Source: an uncultured Alphaproteobacteria bacterium (GTDB lineage Bacteria; Pseudomonadota; Alphaproteobacteria; Methylaequorales; Methylaequoraceae). From it: 64,000 nucleotides of DNA. The notes beneath the pieces were generated by a model that worked only from the letters and a program-made list of their open reading frames with translations, was not told the origin of the DNA and ran no database searches. The stretch is taken from NCBI GenBank assembly GCA_902536485.1, contig CACAXP010000001.1, positions 5,448 through 69,447 of the forward strand, in the 5' to 3' direction. A program made the position numbers and the translations under genes. Of this stretch, positions 58,958 to 64,000 are shown in pieces; within the stretch, counting starts at the first letter, position 1, and every line of letters starts with the position of its first letter.

Positions 58958-59350
58958 ATGATAGACATTCAAAAAAAAAATATAAAAATTAATATAATAC
59001 CATTAATTGATATTATTTTTTTAATGCTCGTTTTTTTTATGCTTGCAACTAATTTTTCCGAAAAAAAAGAAATCAGTTTTAAACTTAAACAAAATATTGA
59101 AACATTAAATTATGATCAAGAGAACTTAATTATTTACATAAAAAGCAATTCATTTGTAATCAATGAAAATTTAATAAAAAATAGTCAAATTGAAGAAAAG
59201 GTTCTTAGTTATTGGAATACAAAAATTTATAAAAATATTGTTATTTTAAATGATGATAATTCTAACCTTCAAAAGTTAATATTTATCCTAGATATTCTAA
59301 AAAAAAATCAAATTAAAAACGTAAGTTTTGCAGATGATCCAGAAATTTAA
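58958..59350 (+). CDS. exbD: ExbD/TolR-family protein, copy 1
   Basis: N-terminal INIIPLIDIIFLMLVFFM motif typical of ExbD/TolR. Confidence 0.75.
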   Translation: MIDIQKKNIKINIIPLIDIIFLMLVFFMLATNFSEKKEISFKLKQNIETLNYDQENLIIYIKSNSFVINENLIKNSQIEEKVLSYWNTKIYKNIVILNDDNSNLQKLIFILDILKKNQIKNVSFADDPEI

Positions 59351-59747
59351 ATTTAAAAAAGAAGTCAATTTAAGTGATTCAATTAATCTTATACCAATGA
59401 TTAATCTAGTTTTTTTACTTCTTATTTTTTTTTTACTGACGGGTATTATTCAAAAGAAAGAAGACCCAAGCATTTTAATCCCAGAATCAGATCAAGGGAT
59501 GAAGAAGGATAATTATTCTAGTAATTTGACTATCCAGGTTAACGAAAATGGAATATTAAAATTAAATGATAAAATAATTTCTAATAAAGATTTAAATACG
59601 CTTAAAATTGAAGGTAGAGACATGTTGATTCTTAACATAGACAAAAACGTAAAAATAAAAAAAACAAACGAGATTTTCAAAAATATAAAATCAGCTGGAT
59701 TTGAAAAAATATTTATAAATGTTTCAGACAAAGATGCATCGAACTAG
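59328..59747 (+). CDS. exbD: ExbD/TolR-family protein, copy 2
   Basis: INLIPMINLVFLLLIFFL motif. Confidence 0.7.
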   Translation: MQMIQKFKFKKEVNLSDSINLIPMINLVFLLLIFFLLTGIIQKKEDPSILIPESDQGMKKDNYSSNLTIQVNENGILKLNDKIISNKDLNTLKIEGRDMLILNIDKNVKIKKTNEIFKNIKSAGFEKIFINVSDKDASN

Positions 59748-60459
59748 TTTTCTGACATTATCAGCTTTTTTCTCGATAGTATGTCACTTAACTTTTATAC
59801 AGTTTTTTGAAACGTATAAAAAAAAAGAACAGGAAATAATTGTAATGGATCTTAGTTTGTTTAAGGAGTTTCAGGTTGAAAAAAAATTAGCTCCCACTCG
59901 AAAAAATAATGAAAAAATAATTGAAAAAAAACCACCAAAAAAAGAGGAGAAAATAATTGAAAAAAAACCACTCAAAAAAGATGACGAAAAAATTTCATTA
60001 AATAAACCAAAAACACAAGAGAAGCCCAAAACAGTAGAAAAACTAAAAATAGAAAAAACTGAGCCTAAAAAAGTTGAAATTCAGGACCCTGTTTCCAAAA
60101 GTCAGCAAGCTCAAAAACCTCAACAAGTTATCACCCCTAAAATTAATTCAGAATTGCTCAGTAAACAACTAAGTATTTATCTTGGTAAAATATCTAAGGA
60201 AATAAACTTAATTGCTGCAAAATCCTATCCAAGACAATCAATTAAAAGAAGAGAACAAGGGACAATCGTAGCAACTATAACACTGAACAAAGATGGAAAT
60301 TTACGTGAGATAGATTTTGATAAGAAAAAGCCAAAAAGACTTTATAAAACTACTGAAAAAATTTTTAAAAAATATATTTTTCCAAAACCACCAGAAAACA
60401 TCCTAAACGAGCAAAAACTGGTTAAATTTAAAATTTCGGTTAACTTTATTTTACAGTAA
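59719..60459 (+). CDS. tonB: TonB (TM anchor, Pro/Lys/Glu-rich spacer, TonB C-terminal domain)
   Basis: EKKPPKKEEK repeat spacer and C-terminal YPRQSIKRREQGTIVATITLNKDGNL...FPKPP match TonB_C. Confidence 0.7.
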   Translation: MFQTKMHRTSFLTLSAFFSIVCHLTFIQFFETYKKKEQEIIVMDLSLFKEFQVEKKLAPTRKNNEKIIEKKPPKKEEKIIEKKPLKKDDEKISLNKPKTQEKPKTVEKLKIEKTEPKKVEIQDPVSKSQQAQKPQQVITPKINSELLSKQLSIYLGKISKEINLIAAKSYPRQSIKRREQGTIVATITLNKDGNLREIDFDKKKPKRLYKTTEKIFKKYIFPKPPENILNEQKLVKFKISVNFILQ

Positions 60460-60480
60460 TTAATTTTTAATTCATTCACA

Positions 60481-60501
60481 TTGTTGTAAAAAAACAACAA
60501 A
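60481..60501. promoter_or_regulatory. Weak AT-rich inverted repeat TTGTTGT-A7-ACAACAA between tonB and the porin gene. It could be a weak terminator or an operator.
   Basis: Seen in sequence about 100 nt upstream of the porin ATG, within a 140-nt leader region. Confidence 0.2.
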
Positions 60502-60599
60502 AATGCTTATTTATTCCTTTTAAGCAATTAATTTCTTCAATATAGAAAATAATAAATTATGATAAATAAATATTATTAATAAATAAGGAAGGAAATAAT

Positions 60600-61931
60600 A
60601 TGAACATTAAAAGAAAAATAGCTATTGCTGCTGTTCCTGCTGTAATGGCTCTTGCTTCTACTTCCGTTGACTCAAAAATCTTACTAATGAGTCAAGAAGG
60701 ATGGGAAGTATCTTTTGACGGTGCTGCTAACGCTTTCATTATGAAAAACAGCGTTTCCAACGTTCCAGACAGTAGTGGTGGTACTGGAAACATTACTTTC
60801 GACACTTATGGTGGAGTTACCGGTGGTAACGACGATACAAGTATCGTTACTGGTCTTTTACCTAATGTCTGGGGTATGAGTTTAAAAGCACCTACTGCAA
60901 ACGGACTAGATGTTACCATGAGATTAGGTTTATACACACACTTGAACGGTGGTGAAAACGCTCTTGGAAATGGTCAAATTAACATACGTGAAACTAGTGG
61001 TTCTGTAGCCGGTAGCTTTGGTACTATTTTATTTGGTAGAAGTCTTGGTATTCACCAAAGTAATGCTATTCTAAATGATATGCTTTTATTTGGTGTTGGT
61101 GCTGCGGCAAACGCAGATCAATCAAATACTTCACTGGGTAGAATTGGACTTGGTTACCTCTACACAGATTTTAGACCGCAAATATCTTGGACACTTCCAG
61201 GAATGGACGCGTTAGGTGGAAATTTTGGTGCAAAAATCGGTATTTTTGACCCGGATAGTGTTGTTGCAGATTCGGCTGCATTTAATGCTACTGATAAAAA
61301 CTCTCCAAGAGTTGAAGCACAAATTACTTATAATGGTGGTATTGGTGATTTAGGCGTTAATCTATGGGTTGATGGTTCTTATCAAAATACTGAGAGAAAC
61401 GAAGCTGAGGCTGCCGCTCGTACACAGCAAGATGCTTCAGGTGCTGAAACAACTAGAAGAGGTGCAAATGGCAACGATAACAGAGATACAGATGTTGACT
61501 CCGCTGGTGTTGGTTTTGGTACTAAATTAAGTTATCAAGGCTTTTCAATTGTTGCGACTGGTTTCTATGCTAATGCCCAAGGTATTAGAGGACAAAAGGC
61601 AGTTCAGGGTTTAGGCCGAACTGGTGCTTTGGATGACGTGGGTACTGAAAGAAAAACATATGGTGGTTATCTTCAAGGTACGTATGACTTCGGTCAAGGT
61701 ACTTCTGCTGGTTACTCATATGGTGGTAACTGTTTAAAAAGAACTGGTAGTGACATTCAAACACGTGGTGTTATGAACTGTCAAACTATGCATTCTGGTA
61801 TGATTTGGCATAACGTAACAGATAACTTCAGGTTAGTAGCTGAAGGAGGATATACCGAGAAAACTTGGTATCTTGCTGACAGTGACCAAGAAGATTCATT
61901 TGGTGGTGTTGGTGCCTTCTTCTTCTGGTAG
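60600..61931 (+). CDS. Gly-rich outer-membrane beta-barrel (porin-like) protein with strong high-expression codon bias
   Basis: N-terminal signal-like segment. Abundant alternating and Gly/Ser/Thr-rich stretches. The C-terminal ...GGVGAFFFW has the aromatic terminus typical of outer-membrane barrels. Codon usage (GGT, GCT, ACT, TTC, AAC, GAC) differs sharply from neighbouring genes. A strong terminator follows. Confidence 0.55.
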   Translation: MNIKRKIAIAAVPAVMALASTSVDSKILLMSQEGWEVSFDGAANAFIMKNSVSNVPDSSGGTGNITFDTYGGVTGGNDDTSIVTGLLPNVWGMSLKAPTANGLDVTMRLGLYTHLNGGENALGNGQINIRETSGSVAGSFGTILFGRSLGIHQSNAILNDMLLFGVGAAANADQSNTSLGRIGLGYLYTDFRPQISWTLPGMDALGGNFGAKIGIFDPDSVVADSAAFNATDKNSPRVEAQITYNGGIGDLGVNLWVDGSYQNTERNEAEAAARTQQDASGAETTRRGANGNDNRDTDVDSAGVGFGTKLSYQGFSIVATGFYANAQGIRGQKAVQGLGRTGALDDVGTERKTYGGYLQGTYDFGQGTSAGYSYGGNCLKRTGSDIQTRGVMNCQTMHSGMIWHNVTDNFRLVAEGGYTEKTWYLADSDQEDSFGGVGAFFFW

Positions 61932-61973
61932 AATAGCGAAATAACACTTACTTATAATTCGCTTATAAAAATT

Positions 61974-62009
61974 AGGGAGAGTATTGAGCTCTCCCTTTTT
62001 TTTTGATAG
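61974..62009 (+). terminator. Rho-independent terminator after the porin gene
   Basis: GGGAGAG-tattgag-CTCTCCC hairpin followed by T9. Confidence 0.75.
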
Positions 62010-62023
62010 ATTTCAAAATTAGA

Positions 62024-63043
62024 ATGTATTTAAAACTCTTTTTCATTTCGCTTTTTACACTTCTATCGTCTTGCTCGACTTTGAACCCATTTGAGGGGAA
62101 TAAATTTTATTATAAAAGTGGTTATCAAAGAGTTCAATTGGATGTAGAAAATGAAAATGCTAAAAACATTCATCCAATTAAAATTAATCCACTAAAAATT
62201 GAAGGTGCACTTAAGCTTATAGTTACTAAATGGGGTCCAAAATCAGAGCCGTTGTTTCAAAAAGAAAAATATCTTCCTTATTCCGTTGCTATTAGTGAAG
62301 CTTTAGCTGAAGCAAAACCAAACCAAGATATAGTATTTACAGTTGAAGGTTGGTATCGTAAAAAAACACTCTCTGAAAATAGAGTAACATCCGGTAGAAT
62401 TTTTTATAACAAGAACGGACTAAATATAGTTTTTGGTTCAATTATGAGAAAAGGCAACATGTCTGATACTGATCCTATGTTAGCTGTGGGATTAAATACT
62501 GATTTAGCTAAAAATCCATATGTACCAGGTTCGAGATATCAAACAGTTAAAAGTGAATATTATCTATCAACTATACCCAATTCTGGTGTTTTTAGACCTA
62601 AAGAGGCTAGAGGTAGATCTGATTGGTTAGTTTTTACAGGTAAAGCGCTTCAAGCTAGGGCAGATTTAACTACTGACCAAAGAAAATTTGCTACAGGGGC
62701 AAATATTCAAGTTCAGGGCCTAAGAAATGAAGTCCAACAACTTAGGAAAGAATTACAATCCTTAAGGAACCCGGGACAACAAGTACCTTATGGATACTCC
62801 CAATATCAATATGGGGCTATACCCCCTTATCAACAGTCAACATATCCTCCTCAACAAGGAGCATATCCCTACTATCCTCCACCACAACCTCCATATGGGT
62901 ATCAAGTACCTCCTCAGCAGTACTATCCAGTTCAAAGGCCTCAAACCAATAACTTCAGTTTAAAATCGTTAGAAAACATGAGGGAACGAGGTTTAATAAG
63001 CGAGGAAAATTATTTAAAAAAGCTTAAAGAACTTGGTTACTAA
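62024..63043 (+). CDS. Lipoprotein with a C-terminal Pro/Gln/Tyr-rich low-complexity region and a terminal SHOCT-like motif
   Basis: Lipobox LLSSC after a signal peptide; start taken at ATG 62024. The PYGYSQYQYGAIPPYQQSTYPPQQGAYPYYPPPQPPYGYQVPPQQYYP segment is low-complexity. The C-terminal LENMRERGLISEENYLKKLKELGY resembles the SHOCT domain. Confidence 0.5.
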   Translation: MYLKLFFISLFTLLSSCSTLNPFEGNKFYYKSGYQRVQLDVENENAKNIHPIKINPLKIEGALKLIVTKWGPKSEPLFQKEKYLPYSVAISEALAEAKPNQDIVFTVEGWYRKKTLSENRVTSGRIFYNKNGLNIVFGSIMRKGNMSDTDPMLAVGLNTDLAKNPYVPGSRYQTVKSEYYLSTIPNSGVFRPKEARGRSDWLVFTGKALQARADLTTDQRKFATGANIQVQGLRNEVQQLRKELQSLRNPGQQVPYGYSQYQYGAIPPYQQSTYPPQQGAYPYYPPPQPPYGYQVPPQQYYPVQRPQTNNFSLKSLENMRERGLISEENYLKKLKELGY

Positions 63044-63813
63044 TTAAACTCAAGCTCAAAGTTCCATAACAAAGCATGGTTAGCAGACGCATCAGTTAAC
63101 CCATGTAAATAACCTAATGCAAGCTCAATTTCCGAATCTGAAAGACCTAACTCATATTCAAATTGAAAACCGTATTGATGTTCTTGTTCACCAAACACAT
63201 TTGTATCTGATATCTCACCAAATTCACTAAAACCCAAGACACCAAAACTTAAATCAAAAAAAATATCTTTCATATATAGATAATTACTGAATGAAAAAGT
63301 AGTTGAACCCCTAGCAGTTTTTCCAACTTCTTTTTCGAAAATAAAGTTTGAAATAAATCCAAAAGACTCATTATAAAATTGATTAAGATATTTATATTCT
63401 ATTTCATCAGCAGTATCTGATTTTGAAACAACATTATATGAGAAATACAATGCTGAGGCCCAATTTTTATAGTCAAAAATTTGCAATTGATTCTGAAACT
63501 CTGTTTTTTCCCAATCCATCGGAGTGTTTTCTTTATCAGAAAGATGAAACTCTAACTCACTTTGCCAAAAGCTCGTCCATGAATATTCTGTTTCAAGCAC
63601 ATGATGATGAGCTTTGTTTTTTTCAACTCTGTCATCAACATCAAAATGACCTCGCCACTCAAATGATTGTCTTCCTTCCTCGACTATTGGACTATAAATT
63701 TTATGATGAGAAAGTAAAAACTTACAATACATTAATTGAAAAATTAAAACTAATAAAAAAATTCTAATTTTACTTAAACTAAACTTTATCGTTTTTGTTG
63801 TATTTTTGAGCAT
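63040..63813 (-). CDS. Putative outer-membrane beta-barrel protein (unknown family)
   Basis: Hydrophobic N-terminus, then alternating amphipathic beta-strand patterns (ALYFSYNVV, TFSFSNYLYM, GFQFEYELGL, IELALGYLHGL). It ends ...WNFELEFN. Confidence 0.35.
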   Translation of the reverse strand: MLKNTTKTIKFSLSKIRIFLLVLIFQLMYCKFLLSHHKIYSPIVEEGRQSFEWRGHFDVDDRVEKNKAHHHVLETEYSWTSFWQSELEFHLSDKENTPMDWEKTEFQNQLQIFDYKNWASALYFSYNVVSKSDTADEIEYKYLNQFYNESFGFISNFIFEKEVGKTARGSTTFSFSNYLYMKDIFFDLSFGVLGFSEFGEISDTNVFGEQEHQYGFQFEYELGLSDSEIELALGYLHGLTDASANHALLWNFELEFN

Positions 63814-63888
63814 TTTTTAGATGATAAAGTATTATTTTTTTTATTATAGTTTTTCATTTATTAAAAAGTTACTTAGAAAAATATTAAG

Positions 63889-64000
63889 TTAACTATTTAA
63901 CAAGTCCTCTTTAAGAATAGTCATGTGAAATTGGTACGAAACCTCTCCTTCATCATCTTCAATATAAACCAGACCAATAAATTCGTCATCAATAAATATT
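63889..64000 (-). CDS. 3' end of an unidentified minus-strand gene that runs off the window
   Basis: Open frame ...IFIDDEFIGLVYIEDDEGEVSYQFHMTILKEDLLNS* ending at TAA 63889..63891. Only 37 codons are visible. Confidence 0.3.
   Translation of the reverse strand, partial: IFIDDEFIGLVYIEDDEGEVSYQFHMTILKEDLLNS

Noticed and set aside
62003-62023. Listed TTG start for the SHOCT lipoprotein, overlapping the porin terminator T-tract
   Set aside because: The ATG at 62024 gives a proper signal peptide plus lipobox, and avoids starting translation inside the terminator.
1-64000. CRISPR arrays, transposases, toxin-antitoxin pairs or restriction-modification genes
   Set aside because: No regularly spaced direct repeats, no DDE/HUH transposase-like or integrase-like ORFs, and no methyltransferase/endonuclease pairs were recognised. 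The window appears to be core chromosome apart from its left edge.

Overview
This 64 kb window is AT-rich (roughly 30% GC by eye) and extremely gene-dense. It looks like chromosome from a streamlined alphaproteobacterium of the SAR11 / Pelagibacter type. Supporting signs are many A/T homopolymer runs, lysine/asparagine-rich proteins, an alphaproteobacterial-type 5-aminolevulinate synthase, an NDUFA12 homolog, and an HscB carrying a zinc finger. I call about 75 features, most of them conserved housekeeping genes.

The main gene blocks are:
- A complete ISC iron-sulfur operon: cysE-iscR-iscS-iscU-iscA-hscB-hscA-fdx-iscX-mnmA.
- A cell-wall block: amiC, mrcA (PBP1A) and prfB.
- rne.
- aroQ-accB-accC-aat.
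- clpS-clpA.
- A UDP-glucuronate precursor operon: pmm, ugd and galU.
- fhs.
- thiO-thiS-thiG.
- msrB-hemA.
- pdxH.
- fabI-aroC.
- tlyA-ispA-xseB.
- A sulfonate/taurine-type ABC transporter.
- An exbB-exbD-exbD-tonB cluster followed by a highly codon-optimised porin-like outer membrane protein.

I found no transposase, integrase, CRISPR array, toxin-antitoxin pair or recognisable defence system. The most interesting items are:
- A compact egtB-egtD-(egtE-like) ergothioneine biosynthesis cluster next to a tRNA-Met(CAU) gene.
- A stand-alone ORF that looks like only the C-terminal domain and zinc finger of a class II ribonucleotide reductase (NrdJ).
- A TonB/ExbBD system with no TonB-dependent receptor in sight.
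- A prfB programmed +1 frameshift site with GUU rather than the canonical CUU shift codon.
- A tightly coupled NDUFA12/tandem-MCE operon.
- Pervasive 3' overlaps between convergent genes.
- Homopolymer tracts of 12 to 15 nt inside coding regions.

All functional calls rest on motif recognition by eye. None has been verified by database search.
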